29,575 bases of DNA from Candidatus Hydrogenedentota bacterium (GCA_029974275.1 JARKSN010000013.1:1-29575); one strand, 5' to 3'. Positions 9,387 to 18,749 are shown, numbered from the stretch's first letter. Numbers and translations are program-made. Notes: generated from the sequence alone by a model not told the origin.

Positions 9387-11090
9387 CTACTTGTACCGCT
9401 GCAAGGCGACGGGCACCCACCATTCACGGGTGTCTGCTCCGAGCGGATACATAGTGACGCCGTGGAAGCGCTTGTCGAGGACCATCAGCCATTTGGTGCA
9501 AAACAGGAAGGTGTATGGCTGCTCCTCGTGCTGTATTTGGTGGATGCGACGGTACATGGCGACACGCTTGTCGCGGTCGAACTCTTTGCGCGCATCCTCG
9601 ATGATTTTGTCCGCTTCGGCGTTGACGAAGCCGATGTAGTTCGATCCCTTTTCGGCTTGCGACGAATGCCAAATTTGATAGGGGTCCGGATCGATGCCAA
9701 GCTGCCAGCCCATCATGCACGCGTCGAAGCGCTGATTGTGCACGCTATCCACAAACGTCGCCCACTCGAGCGGACGGATAGTCATATTGATGCCGGTCTT
9801 TTTGAGTTCTTCCTGGTACACAGTGGCCAACTGCTCGTACTCGGGAATGCCCGACGGGAACAGCAGTTCAAACGCGAAGGGCGCGCTGTTCTTGTCGAGA
9901 ACGCCATCGTTGTTTGTGTCGGCCCAACCCGCCTGGGCCAAGATCGTTTTCGCGTGCGCCGGATCGAAAGGCCACGGATTGAGAGACGGATCGTATTCAG
10001 GGCCATTGACGTAGAAGTTGCCCGACACCACGACGCCTAGCCCCCGGAACACCGTCTGCAAAATCGTCTCACGGTCCAGCAGCATCGTCAGCGCCCGGCG
10101 CACCATCTTGTCCTCGAACAAAGGCTTGCGCAAATTCCAGCCGATGTAGTTGTGCGAGGGAGCGTAGTAACTATAGCGGTCGAACTTCTCCAAAAACTCC
10201 GGCGCGTTGGTTTGGGTCGTCCAGTTTTCCGGCAGCATTTTGTCCGGGGCAAGCCCAATGACATCGAGTTGCCGCTTGTTTAGCACTTGGAGCGCGGCCA
10301 ATTCATCGGTGATGATCTTGTAGACGCGCTTCGCGATGTGCGGTTTCTTTCCCCAATATTTTTCGTTGCGGATCAGCGTGAGTTGCAGTCCCGTCTCCCA
10401 GGATTCCAATGTATAGAGGCCCGATCCGATCGGCTTTCGATTGTTCGGATGGCTATTGAAATCGTCTTGACCGTAAATATGCTGCGGAAGGATGGGAAGC
10501 TCGCCCAGCATGACCAGGGTCTTGAAATAAGGCTCCTTGCACGTGAACTTCACCGTGAGCGGATCAGGCACTTCGCACGACACGACATTGTCATAGTAAT
10601 TGCGAAGATGGGCCGCATCGACGGCAGGGTCCATGAGCGTATCGAACGTGAACTTCACGTCGTTCGCGGTGAGGGGCTGCCCGTCGGAAAACACCACGCC
10701 AGGACGCAGCTTGAAGGTGTAGACCAGGTGGTCGGGCGTCACTTCCCACGATTCCGCGACGCAGGGATTGGGCTCGAACGTGGTGTTGTCGCGCTCGATC
10801 AACGTGTCGAAGACGAGCCCCAGAATCGCTCCGCCGTAGGCGTCCGTGGAGGTCAGTGGATTGAGCGTTGGCATGTCGCTGGGAAGACGCGCCACGAGAC
10901 AATCGCCATCGATCGGCTCTTCCGCCTCGGACGACTGAGGCGATCCCGCGACCGGGGCCGCGACCGGGCCATTTCCATTCGGAAGGGGAACGGATGCCGG
11001 CTGTTTGGGAGGCCCCCCGCAGGCAAGCATGCCCGACGCCGTTACAAGAACCAACGCGCCAACTCGTTTCCAAAGGCCCCCGTTGCGCAT
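9387..11090 (-). CDS. Peptide ABC transporter substrate-binding lipoprotein (OppA/AppA family)
   Basis: Lipobox MLAC, TLNPL, FKLRPGVVFSDGQPLTANDVKFT, PIGSG, DPDPYQIWHSSQ; AGGAGG RBS. Confidence 0.93.
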   Translation of the reverse strand: MRNGGLWKRVGALVLVTASGMLACGGPPKQPASVPLPNGNGPVAAPVAGSPQSSEAEEPIDGDCLVARLPSDMPTLNPLTSTDAYGGAILGLVFDTLIERDNTTFEPNPCVAESWEVTPDHLVYTFKLRPGVVFSDGQPLTANDVKFTFDTLMDPAVDAAHLRNYYDNVVSCEVPDPLTVKFTCKEPYFKTLVMLGELPILPQHIYGQDDFNSHPNNRKPIGSGLYTLESWETGLQLTLIRNEKYWGKKPHIAKRVYKIITDELAALQVLNKRQLDVIGLAPDKMLPENWTTQTNAPEFLEKFDRYSYYAPSHNYIGWNLRKPLFEDKMVRRALTMLLDRETILQTVFRGLGVVVSGNFYVNGPEYDPSLNPWPFDPAHAKTILAQAGWADTNNDGVLDKNSAPFAFELLFPSGIPEYEQLATVYQEELKKTGINMTIRPLEWATFVDSVHNQRFDACMMGWQLGIDPDPYQIWHSSQAEKGSNYIGFVNAEADKIIEDARKEFDRDKRVAMYRRIHQIQHEEQPYTFLFCTKWLMVLDKRFHGVTMYPLGADTREWWVPVALQRYK

Positions 11091-11301
11091 ATGTTCACCA
11101 TCCTCCTGGTTGCAGACATTCTAATCAGACAACGCATCATCCTAGCATAAAGCCCACGATCGACAGAATCCGAGGCTCTTGGTTTTCCCCGAAAGCATTG
11201 AAGACATCGATTCGGCGGCAAGCTTGAATTTTCGGGGAATATCGGGCAAAATCCACGCGACGTGCGTCAGGCAGGGCAAACAGCAACAAGGGGCGACAAA
11301 C

Positions 11302-11421
11302 ATGGAAAAGATCAATCCGCAACCGGAACCTCCGGGAAGCATTCTGGCGTATTTGTGGAGATTGCTCCAGAATATTTTCAGCTTTTTCGGGCTGTTCCGG
11401 CTCTCCCCAACGGCGGGATAA
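11302..11421 (+). CDS. Possible 39-aa small protein with amphipathic helix
   Basis: AAGGGG upstream of ATG 11302; MEKINPQPEPPGSILAYLWRLLQNIFSFFGLFRLSPTAG; fills the gap between oppA and the Fe-ADH gene. Confidence 0.3.
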   Translation: MEKINPQPEPPGSILAYLWRLLQNIFSFFGLFRLSPTAG

Positions 11422-11434
11422 CGCCTGATTCTTT

Positions 11435-12643
11435 TCAGACGTCGTAACGAGGCCGCTCGCGTTTGCGAGCGGCTTTTGCATTGGGAGGATCGAGCAGCGC
11501 GCCTGCATGGGACAACTGGAACAGCCGCATTATCGTTTCCTCGTTGATGGCTCCCGGTTGGTTGCGAAAACGGTAGGGATCGGAAGCGATCCGCCGCGCC
11601 CAATCCGCAAATTTGGCATCCGACACACCCGCCGAACGGGCGTCGGCGGGCACGCCGGCCTGTGCGAGCAAGGCGTGCAGCGCCTGACCGATCGCCTTGG
11701 ATGCATCCTCCGGATCGGCGGCGCATGGATGTCCCAAGGCCTGCGCGATGGCCGCGACTTTTTCCGGCGCATACTGAGCGTTGAATTGGAACAGCGGCGT
11801 GAACAGCAGCGCGTTGGCGCGGCCGTGAGGAACGCCGCATTCGGTGGTGTAGCAATACCCCATGCCGTGCACCAGCGTCGTGCCGGCATGCGCGATGACG
11901 CATCCCGCCAAACACGACGCATACAGCATATTTCCGCGCGCTTCGAGATTGCGGCCGTCTTTCACCGCGATCGGAAGCCACTGGGCTATCAATGCGCATG
12001 CTTCGAGCGCGATCGCATCGGTCCATGGCGTCGACGCGCGCGAAACAATGCCTTCCATCGCCTGACTGAGCGCATCAAGGCCCGTGTCGGCGGTGACATC
12101 GGGCGGCAAGGCGCACGTTAAACAGGGGTCGAGAATCGCAACTCGCGGAAATAGGCCGCGGCCCGCGAGGTTCTTCTTCGCGTTTTCGGCGGTGTCGGTG
12201 ATGATGGCGTATGGCGTGACCTCGCTGCCCGTGCCTGCTGTCGTAGGGATGGCGACGATGGGCAACGGCGCGTGGGGGTATTTGTCCGCGCCAAAGTAGT
12301 CGCGACAGGAACCAGGATTCGTCGCCGTGACCGCCGCCGCCTTGGCGGCATCCATCGGGCTGCCGCCCCCGAGCGCAACAACAACATCGCAACCATGTTG
12401 CCGGATCCGCGCCCCCGCACAATCGCATGTCGCGACAGAAGGGTTCGCCTCGACCTCATCAAACACGACGGCCTCCGGCGTTTGGGCAAGCAACGCATCA
12501 AGCGCCCCCGTTGCCCGCGCCGAATGACGGCCCGTCACGATGAGCGGTTTGGTTCCCCACTGCAGGATACGCGCCCTCGCTTCGTGAATCCCCCCCTCGG
12601 CAAACACGACCTCCGTCGGCATGAAATAGTGAAATGGCAGCAT
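11435..12643 (-). CDS. Iron-containing alcohol dehydrogenase family protein
   Basis: Start at ATG 12643 (MLPFHYFMPTEVVF); GGGSPMDAAK, PTTAGTGSEVT, DALSQAME (Gln at the usual His position), VHGMG, PHG. Confidence 0.9.
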   Translation of the reverse strand: MLPFHYFMPTEVVFAEGGIHEARARILQWGTKPLIVTGRHSARATGALDALLAQTPEAVVFDEVEANPSVATCDCAGARIRQHGCDVVVALGGGSPMDAAKAAAVTATNPGSCRDYFGADKYPHAPLPIVAIPTTAGTGSEVTPYAIITDTAENAKKNLAGRGLFPRVAILDPCLTCALPPDVTADTGLDALSQAMEGIVSRASTPWTDAIALEACALIAQWLPIAVKDGRNLEARGNMLYASCLAGCVIAHAGTTLVHGMGYCYTTECGVPHGRANALLFTPLFQFNAQYAPEKVAAIAQALGHPCAADPEDASKAIGQALHALLAQAGVPADARSAGVSDAKFADWARRIASDPYRFRNQPGAINEETIMRLFQLSHAGALLDPPNAKAARKRERPRYDV

Positions 12644-12735
12644 CGACCCTCTCGTGCGTTGGTCGAAAATCTCGATCCCTTCTCCAAAACGTCGAATGGC
12701 CTTGCGCGTATGCGACAAAGCATCAAAACTTACCC

Positions 12736-12774
12736 GGAGGGGGAGGGGCTTTTTTTCAAAGCGGTTCCCCCTCC
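12736..12774 (-). terminator. Stem-loop immediately after the ybaK-like stop; possible terminator or mRNA-stabilising hairpin
   Basis: GGAGGGGGA (12736-12744) is complementary to TCCCCCTCC (12766-12774), with inner GCTTT/AAAGC pairing; the U-tract is weak. Confidence 0.45.
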
Positions 12775-12779
12775 CGATC

Positions 12780-13241
12780 CTATTCCGCGAACTCGCCGAT
12801 GATCGGTTGGACGATCCGCTCGTACTCCTTGTAGGCCATGACGATGAGATTGCTGTGCGTGCCATCGTTGAACGCAATTTCTTCGTCTTCCCGAAGCATG
12901 GCATCTACAAAAACAGGCATGCCGAACAAGTCGCCGAACGGAGGCATCGCGCCGATCTCGCAACCGGGAAACAGCGAAGCGAACTCTTGCTCATCGGCCA
13001 GCACGAGGCGTTCCACCGCAACCAGCGCGCGCAACGCCTCCAGATCGGCTCGGCGATCGGCCGGCAACACCGCCATGAAATACCGGGCGTTCGATTGCAC
13101 AATCACCGCCTTGGCCATCACGCGCGCCTTGATGCGGGCCGCGCCAGCCGTTTCCGAGGCGGTGAAAGCCCGCTCGTGGGGGACGACGCGGTAAGCGACG
13201 CCTTCGCTATCAAGAAATTGTCTAACTTTTTGTGCAGGCAT
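12780..13241 (-). CDS. YbaK/EbsC (aminoacyl-tRNA deacylase superfamily) protein
   Basis: HERAFTASETA, AKAVIV (conserved Lys), FPGCEIGAMPPFG, IAFNDGTH; GGAGG RBS. Confidence 0.9.
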   Translation of the reverse strand: MPAQKVRQFLDSEGVAYRVVPHERAFTASETAGAARIKARVMAKAVIVQSNARYFMAVLPADRRADLEALRALVAVERLVLADEQEFASLFPGCEIGAMPPFGDLFGMPVFVDAMLREDEEIAFNDGTHSNLIVMAYKEYERIVQPIIGEFAE

Positions 13242-13268
13242 GGCGTTTCGCCTCCATCGGTTTCGGAA

Positions 13269-13457
13269 TCAACTCCTCGCCTGGATAAAGGCCCGGAACG
13301 ACCGATCGTAGGTTCTCTCCGCATCCGGCGGAAAACAGCAGCCCGGCAACTGCTGCAGGCTCAGATGATAGCGTATGCACTCGCAGCACTTGCCATGTTT
13401 GGAACATCCTGGATACGAGCACGTACAGACAACGCTGTTCTCGCAATTCGCAGCCAT
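13269..13457 (-). CDS. Small Cys-rich protein (resembles DUF6485)
   Basis: GGAGAGGAGG RBS before ATG 13457; MAANCENSVVCTCSYPGCSKHGKCCECIRYHLSLQQLPGCCFPPDAERTYDRS, i.e. a CxC-x4-C-x5-CCxC-x3-H pattern. Confidence 0.8.
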   Translation of the reverse strand: MAANCENSVVCTCSYPGCSKHGKCCECIRYHLSLQQLPGCCFPPDAERTYDRSFRAFIQARS

Positions 13458-13539
13458 GCAAAACCTCCTCTCCCCAGTATTTTTTGAAGCGTTCGCCTTA
13501 TTGTACACGCACACGCCTGGATGGAAAAGACCGCCGCGC

Positions 13540-14667
13540 TCAGAAACGCCGCAACATGGCCTTGGAAGATCCGCTTCCACGCAAGGCAGACTGCACCATC
13601 ATGAATTCGCCTAAATTTTCGGCGGTAAGAATGCCCACCAGGATGCCGTTGGCCACCACCGGAATGGTGCGGCATTTGCATTCCTGTATCCTCACAAACA
13701 CGCCATCCAGCATGTCCGCCGGATTGGCCGTCTGAAAATCCCGCACCATCGTATCGCCCACGGCCCCCTCCGGTCCGGCATCGGCCAACCCTGCCAGCAA
13801 ATCCGACCGCGTCAACACGCCAACCAGCTCCCCCCCGTCCAGAACGGGAAAATCCTGCTGAAATCCCGCCATGACGTGGTCCACCGCCGTCTTCAACGTG
13901 TCCGATGGAGCGAGCGCTTGAAAGTTCGTAATCATGGCGCGCCACGCCGGAATGCCGGAGAGCGCCGATCGCATCTGCACCATCGACGCTTCCTCGGTGG
14001 CGCCCATCCACACAAACAACGCGATGAACATGATGAACGGATTGCCCTGCAATAAGCCGAAAAGAATGAACAAAAGCGCCATGCCCTGGCCGATGTACGC
14101 CGCCACGTGCGTCGCGCGCACATAATCGGTTCGCATCGCCAACAACGCGCGCAGAACCCTTCCCCCGTCCATGGGAAACGCGGGAATCAGATTGAACGCC
14201 GCCAGCGCGACGTTCACGCCAAGCAACCAAAGGAACACGGGGACCCCGGGATCGAGAAACAGGTTTGCGACGGGGCCACGGTGCAATTCCGCCGCGGACG
14301 ATACAACCAGTGCCCCGTAGGCAAAGACCGCCAAGACGACATTCACGACGGGGCCCGCCACCGCCACAACAAGTTCCTGTTTCGGGTCCTCGGGCATGCG
14401 TTCGAGACGCGCCACCCCGCCGATCGGAAGCAACGTGATATCACGCGTCGCGATATCGAAACGGCGCGCCGCCAGCGCATGTCCCAACTCATGCAGCACC
14501 ACAATCGCAAACAAAGCGACGCCCTTCAGCGTCCACATCAACCCTGTTCCTATGCCATCCCCCCTCAAGACTGGGGCCAGCAGCAAAAAAAACATCAAAA
14601 TGAGAAAGGTGAAATGAAGATACACCCCGATTCCGAAAACTGTTCCAATGCGCCACGACCACTTCAT
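13540..14667 (-). CDS. Site-2 protease (M50) with C-terminal CBS pair
   Basis: MKWSWRIG start, HELGH, LLPIGGVA, AGPVVN, FNLIPAFPMDGGR, followed by two CBS repeats. Confidence 0.93.
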   Translation of the reverse strand: MKWSWRIGTVFGIGVYLHFTFLILMFFLLLAPVLRGDGIGTGLMWTLKGVALFAIVVLHELGHALAARRFDIATRDITLLPIGGVARLERMPEDPKQELVVAVAGPVVNVVLAVFAYGALVVSSAAELHRGPVANLFLDPGVPVFLWLLGVNVALAAFNLIPAFPMDGGRVLRALLAMRTDYVRATHVAAYIGQGMALLFILFGLLQGNPFIMFIALFVWMGATEEASMVQMRSALSGIPAWRAMITNFQALAPSDTLKTAVDHVMAGFQQDFPVLDGGELVGVLTRSDLLAGLADAGPEGAVGDTMVRDFQTANPADMLDGVFVRIQECKCRTIPVVANGILVGILTAENLGEFMMVQSALRGSGSSKAMLRRF

Positions 14668-15042
14668 GCTCTTCGCGCTCCTACCGATGACACAAGGGAT
14701 TGCCGCTGTGTACATCGGCCTGCGTTTTCTGTCTGCCCCTCGTGCATGGTAACCGCTCGACCGCCTCGCAGCAACCTGACCTTTCCGGACCGCAAGGCCC
14801 GTCCCGTATGTTCCGAATCTTTATCGACAGATAGAGAATCGAAAATCCCTATCTTCTCTTCTTGCTGTACATAACACGGCGCCGACGCCGCGCATTTCGC
14901 CGTGCGTGATCGAGGCCGTCACGCTTGCGCGACGGCATACGCGTCGGATTGAACGAGCGCATACCACGATCTACTATGAAGCAGAAAGACAAAAGCGCCA
15001 CGCCAGGAAACCGAGGCCCCCACGGAGGAGGAGGATATCTGT

Positions 15043-16227
15043 ATGAGCACATCCGCGGACCACGATCCTGTCTCCGACCCCGAAGACCTTCCCCATAGAC
15101 CATCTCTTCTGTCGGTGCGCGGTTTCGAAACAATCGCCGAAGGGATCGCCCACGACATCAACAATCTCATGACCACAATCCTGGGAAGCGCCGCCCTGAT
15201 TCGAACGGAAACCGGCCATCGCCATACAGTAACCCCGCTGCTGGATAGCATTGAACACGCGGCCGAAACCGCCGCTTCCCGAACGCGACAACTCCTGGAA
15301 TTCACTCGCGAGCAATCCAACCGCGCCGAGTGCGTTAGCCTCAACGCCATTGTCTACCACGCATTGCTGGCCGAGGAGCGAAAACTCGCTCCACGCATCC
15401 GGATTCATCGATACATCGATCCTGATTTGCCAAGGCTTGTCTCCACGAACCATGCCGGAATCGCCGAATTGACTCTGGCTCTGGCGGCAAACGCCGTGGA
15501 AGCCATTCACGGCGAGGGACGCGTCATCATCCGCACCCGTTTCGTGATCGAGGAGCCTTCTGATGCCGAGACGTCGGGGTTGCCCTCAGGAGCCTACGCA
15601 CTGTTGACGGTCGAAGACAACGGAGACGGAATGTCCCCGGACATATTGGCGCATGTATTCGACGCAGCATTTTCCACCAAGCCCGGACACAAGGGCATGG
15701 GCCTCACCCAAGCCCGGGAGACCGTCGATGCGGCCGGCGGCCGCATCGTCATTACCAGTTCCGTGGGCCATGGCACATTATGCCAAGCGTATTTGCCCGC
15801 GTTGGCCGCGAATCATGTCGCTCCCCCATCCGTCCCCTCCGACATGCCACGCGGCAACGAAACGGTCCTGCTCGTCGACGACGAACGCATTATCCTGGAA
15901 GTGACCCGCGAAACCCTCGGACGGCTCGGATACCGCGTGCTCACCGCCCGGAACGGCAAGGAAGCCGTCGACATTGCCCAAAACCATCCAGGGCCCATTC
16001 ACATTGCCCTTTTGGACATGGCCATGCCCATCATGGGAGGCGCCGAAGCGTATCCGCTCTTGCAAGCGGCACGACCCGACATGAAGGTGATCGTGTGCAC
16101 CGGCTTTGACCCCGACATCGCCCCGCCCCTCATAGCGGAAACCGGTTCGAACGCATATCTTGTCAAGCCTTTCCGGCCCACAACGTTAGCCCAGGAAATA
16201 CGCCGCGTGCTCGATACACGGGAATGA
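15043..16227 (+). CDS. Hybrid histidine kinase/receiver (CckA-like) lacking an input domain
   Basis: GGAGGAGG RBS; H-box AHDINN near residue 37, N-box ANAVEA, G1 DNGDGM, G2 GHKGMGL; receiver LLVDDE, LLDMAMP, KPF. Confidence 0.9.
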   Translation: MSTSADHDPVSDPEDLPHRPSLLSVRGFETIAEGIAHDINNLMTTILGSAALIRTETGHRHTVTPLLDSIEHAAETAASRTRQLLEFTREQSNRAECVSLNAIVYHALLAEERKLAPRIRIHRYIDPDLPRLVSTNHAGIAELTLALAANAVEAIHGEGRVIIRTRFVIEEPSDAETSGLPSGAYALLTVEDNGDGMSPDILAHVFDAAFSTKPGHKGMGLTQARETVDAAGGRIVITSSVGHGTLCQAYLPALAANHVAPPSVPSDMPRGNETVLLVDDERIILEVTRETLGRLGYRVLTARNGKEAVDIAQNHPGPIHIALLDMAMPIMGGAEAYPLLQAARPDMKVIVCTGFDPDIAPPLIAETGSNAYLVKPFRPTTLAQEIRRVLDTRE

Positions 16228-16266
16228 TCCAGGGAGTCTCGCGCCGCCGGATGAAATCTTGGATAT

Positions 16267-17127
16267 TTAGGGATTTCCCCGCGCAGATGCCCTTGAAGCC
16301 TTCCGGACAAGCGTTTTGAAGGCTGCGTCCTTGCGGAGAGAAGCCAGGTCCGCGTCGGTTTTCGCTTTCGCGATCAAGGTCTTGTCAATGGAAAACGCTT
16401 GTTCCAGGAGGTCTAGCGCCTCTTTTTTCCGGAGCTGCAAGCTATAGAGGCATGCCAGATTATAGTAAGGGGCAGGGTGGTTTTTCCCCAACGCAATGGC
16501 AGTTCGGTATGCCTGTTCGGCTTCTTCGTACTTGCCCTGAGAAACGAGCAGATTCGCCAAATTGTTGTGGGGAGCCATCTCGTCCGGAGCAAGTTCCACC
16601 GCCTTCCGGGCATAGGGCTCGGCTTCCTCAAAGCGGTCCAAGCGGCGCAACAGGATGGCAAGATCGTTGTGAGGACGGCTCCATCCAGGGTCGAGTTTGA
16701 TGGCTCGAAGGAAGGCCTCCTCGGCCTCGTCATTCCGTTCAAGCTCGTGCAGCACGACTCCCAGTCCCGTATACGGCCAACTCCAGTTTGGACTCAGGAG
16801 GATCGCCTCTCGATACGCCCGTTCCGAAATCCGAAAATCGCGGGATGCATACGCGAAAAGCCCCAAGGCAAACCACGTTTCGCTCGTGCGCACCGTCCCG
16901 GTCCGGGCCAGTTCCGCCACGGAGGCGACGGCGGCGCGCGTGGCCTCCTCGCGAGCATACGGGTCATGGCGCAAACGAGAGAACATGTCGTCCAGCAAGG
17001 CAGCGGTCGCGAGATCCGTTGCGGGAAAACGGCGCATATGGTCCACGTATTCCTGAACGGCAAGATAGAGAATCGCCGCCACACAAAACGCCAGCACGGC
17101 GTAAAAGGTTCTACGTGACCTTGTCAT
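16267..17127 (-). CDS. Membrane-anchored TPR protein
   Basis: N-terminal TM helix; several TPRs (YTGLG, HNDLA, HNNLA); terminal YYNLACLYS...AKTDADLASLR capping segment. Confidence 0.85.
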   Translation of the reverse strand: MTRSRRTFYAVLAFCVAAILYLAVQEYVDHMRRFPATDLATAALLDDMFSRLRHDPYAREEATRAAVASVAELARTGTVRTSETWFALGLFAYASRDFRISERAYREAILLSPNWSWPYTGLGVVLHELERNDEAEEAFLRAIKLDPGWSRPHNDLAILLRRLDRFEEAEPYARKAVELAPDEMAPHNNLANLLVSQGKYEEAEQAYRTAIALGKNHPAPYYNLACLYSLQLRKKEALDLLEQAFSIDKTLIAKAKTDADLASLRKDAAFKTLVRKASRASARGNP

Positions 17128-17224
17128 GGCGCCAGTATATCCGCTGCTCCAATCAGAGTCATGCGCACGAATCTGGAACGAGACGCCTGCCGTTCCCCTT
17201 CAACGCGCCGACAAAACATTTTTC

Positions 17225-17253
17225 TTGACACGCGCCGGAAAACGTGGTTCAAT
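17225..17253 (+). promoter_or_regulatory. Putative sigma70 promoter of lexA
   Basis: TTGACA (17225-17230), 17-nt spacer, TGn-TTCAAT (17248-17253). Confidence 0.55.
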
Positions 17254-17257
17254 AAAT

Positions 17258-17273
17258 CTGAAAATAGATTCAG
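17258..17273. promoter_or_regulatory. Candidate LexA operator (SOS box) CTGAA-N6-TTCAG
   Basis: Palindrome CTGAAaatagaTTCAG lies over the predicted TSS, 15 nt before the lexA ATG; it resembles the Myxococcus-type LexA box. Confidence 0.65.
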
Positions 17274-17288
17274 CACAAGGGTGGTATC

Positions 17289-17906
17289 ATGACAAGACAA
17301 CTTACCAAGCGACAAAGCGCAATACTGCAGTATGTGGCGGCGAATATTCGCGAGAAGGGATTTCCGCCGACGATTGCGGAGATTGGCGCGCAATTCGCCA
17401 TTGCCTCGACCAATGGCGTGAATGATCATTTGGTGGCGTTGGAGCGGAAGGGATACATCAGGCGTTCTTCGAAGGCGCGATCAATACAGGTGACGGACAA
17501 GGCCGCCTTGGACCTGTACCGCGATCATGTGGGCACATTGCCCCTCGTCGGCCGGATTGCCGCGGGAACGCCGCTGTTGGCGTCTGAAAACATCGAGGAT
17601 GAAGTAGCCGTGGATCCGGCGCTTGTCAAGGACCGATCGTATTGCCTGCGCGTGCAAGGCGACAGCATGATAGAGGACGGGATTCTTGACGGCGACATCA
17701 TCGTGGTAGATCAGGACAAGGAAGCTTCGCCGGGGTCCGTGGTGGTGGCGCTTGTTGGCGAAGAGGCCACCGTCAAGCATTTTCATCCACACGACAACCT
17801 GATCGAGCTTCGTCCCGCCAATGCTACGTTGCGTTCTTTGTTCTTCGATCCCGATGAAGTGCGTTTGCAGGGCGTTGTCGTCGCGCTGCAGCGAACGCTG
17901 GAATGA
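17289..17906 (+). CDS. lexA: SOS transcriptional repressor LexA
   Basis: LTKRQ, GFPPTIAEIG, STNGVNDHL, LERKGYI, Ala-Gly cleavage site IAAG, catalytic GDSM and TVK. Confidence 0.97.
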   Translation: MTRQLTKRQSAILQYVAANIREKGFPPTIAEIGAQFAIASTNGVNDHLVALERKGYIRRSSKARSIQVTDKAALDLYRDHVGTLPLVGRIAAGTPLLASENIEDEVAVDPALVKDRSYCLRVQGDSMIEDGILDGDIIVVDQDKEASPGSVVVALVGEEATVKHFHPHDNLIELRPANATLRSLFFDPDEVRLQGVVVALQRTLE

Positions 17907-17981
17907 TGGCGCGACGCCACGTCGTTATCGATGGGGCGCGAAGGAATAGAGGATGGAGAAAACCGGGGAGGGTCGCATCGC

Positions 17982-18614
17982 GTGAGCGTCATGTTGCCGC
18001 TGTTCCCTTTGCAGCTTGTGGCGTTTCCGGGCGAAACGCTGAAGCTGCATATTTTTGAACCGCGCTACCTCCAGCTTATTGGCGAATGCCGCGACGAAGG
18101 CATCGCGTTTGGCATACCGCCCTATGCCGACGGGGTGATGGAATATGGAACGGAAGTCGTTTTGCACACCATTGTTGCGGCACATCCTTCTGGAGAAATG
18201 GACATTCTGGTCGAGGGAAGACGCGTTTTTCATCTCGATACGTTTCAAAGGTTCTTTCCGGGAAAATCATATCCCGGAGGATCGGTGACATGGCTCGACA
18301 ACGACGCATCCTGCGCCGCGGACACGGTTCGCGAACTGGTCGATTGCTACAACCGCTTTCATGCCTTGCTCAAAACCGGACATGAGCGCGAAGCCTTCGA
18401 CGGGCCCCATCTATCCTTTCAGGTGGCCCACGAGATCGGCATGACCCTGGAGCAAAAAGTCCGCCTGTTGGCCATTTCCCATGAGGAAGAGCGCCAACGT
18501 CTCGTAATCGCGCATCTCCGCCAAGCCGCCGCGCTGCTTCAGGCAGCCGAAGAAACCCAACGCCATGTCCGCAAGAACGGCCATTTCAAGCGTTTCCCTC
18601 CATTGGACATTTAG
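17982..18614 (+). CDS. Stand-alone LON peptidase N-terminal (substrate-binding) domain protein
   Basis: LPLFPL, FPGETLKLHIFEPRY, EQKVRLL; no AAA+ or protease domain. Start GTG 17982 or ATG 17991 after a GGGGAGG RBS. Confidence 0.85.
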   Translation: MSVMLPLFPLQLVAFPGETLKLHIFEPRYLQLIGECRDEGIAFGIPPYADGVMEYGTEVVLHTIVAAHPSGEMDILVEGRRVFHLDTFQRFFPGKSYPGGSVTWLDNDASCAADTVRELVDCYNRFHALLKTGHEREAFDGPHLSFQVAHEIGMTLEQKVRLLAISHEEERQRLVIAHLRQAAALLQAAEETQRHVRKNGHFKRFPPLDI

Positions 18615-18645
18615 GCAATTCCCCTGTCGGTCACGCTTTTGCGTT

Positions 18646-18662
18646 CTGGTACGTCATGTGCA
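18646..18662 (+). promoter_or_regulatory. Possible sigma54 (-24/-12) promoter upstream of the prepilin-like gene
   Basis: CTGGTACGTCATGTGCA: GG-N10-GC spacing, two mismatches to YTGGCACG-N4-TTGCW. Confidence 0.3.
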
Positions 18663-18749
18663 AGGAGGCAATGACGACGGAAATCATGGCGGTTGATCGA
18701 TGGACCCTCCCGGAGACATAGTAAGGTATGCAGAAAGGAGTAATGCGTC

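Noticed and set aside
11240..11300. GGGCAAA motifs suggesting a c-di-GMP-I riboswitch
   Set aside because: No GNRA-capped P2 followed by GACGCAAAGC and no P3 stem.
12644..12904. N-terminal extension of the Fe-ADH ORF (489 aa)
   Set aside because: Overlaps ybaK and the hairpin; family similarity starts at ATG 12643.
18662..18721. AAGGAGG followed by a 16-codon ORF (MTTEIMAVDRWTLPET) as a leader peptide
   Set aside because: SD-to-ATG spacing is only 2 nt and there are no attenuator features.
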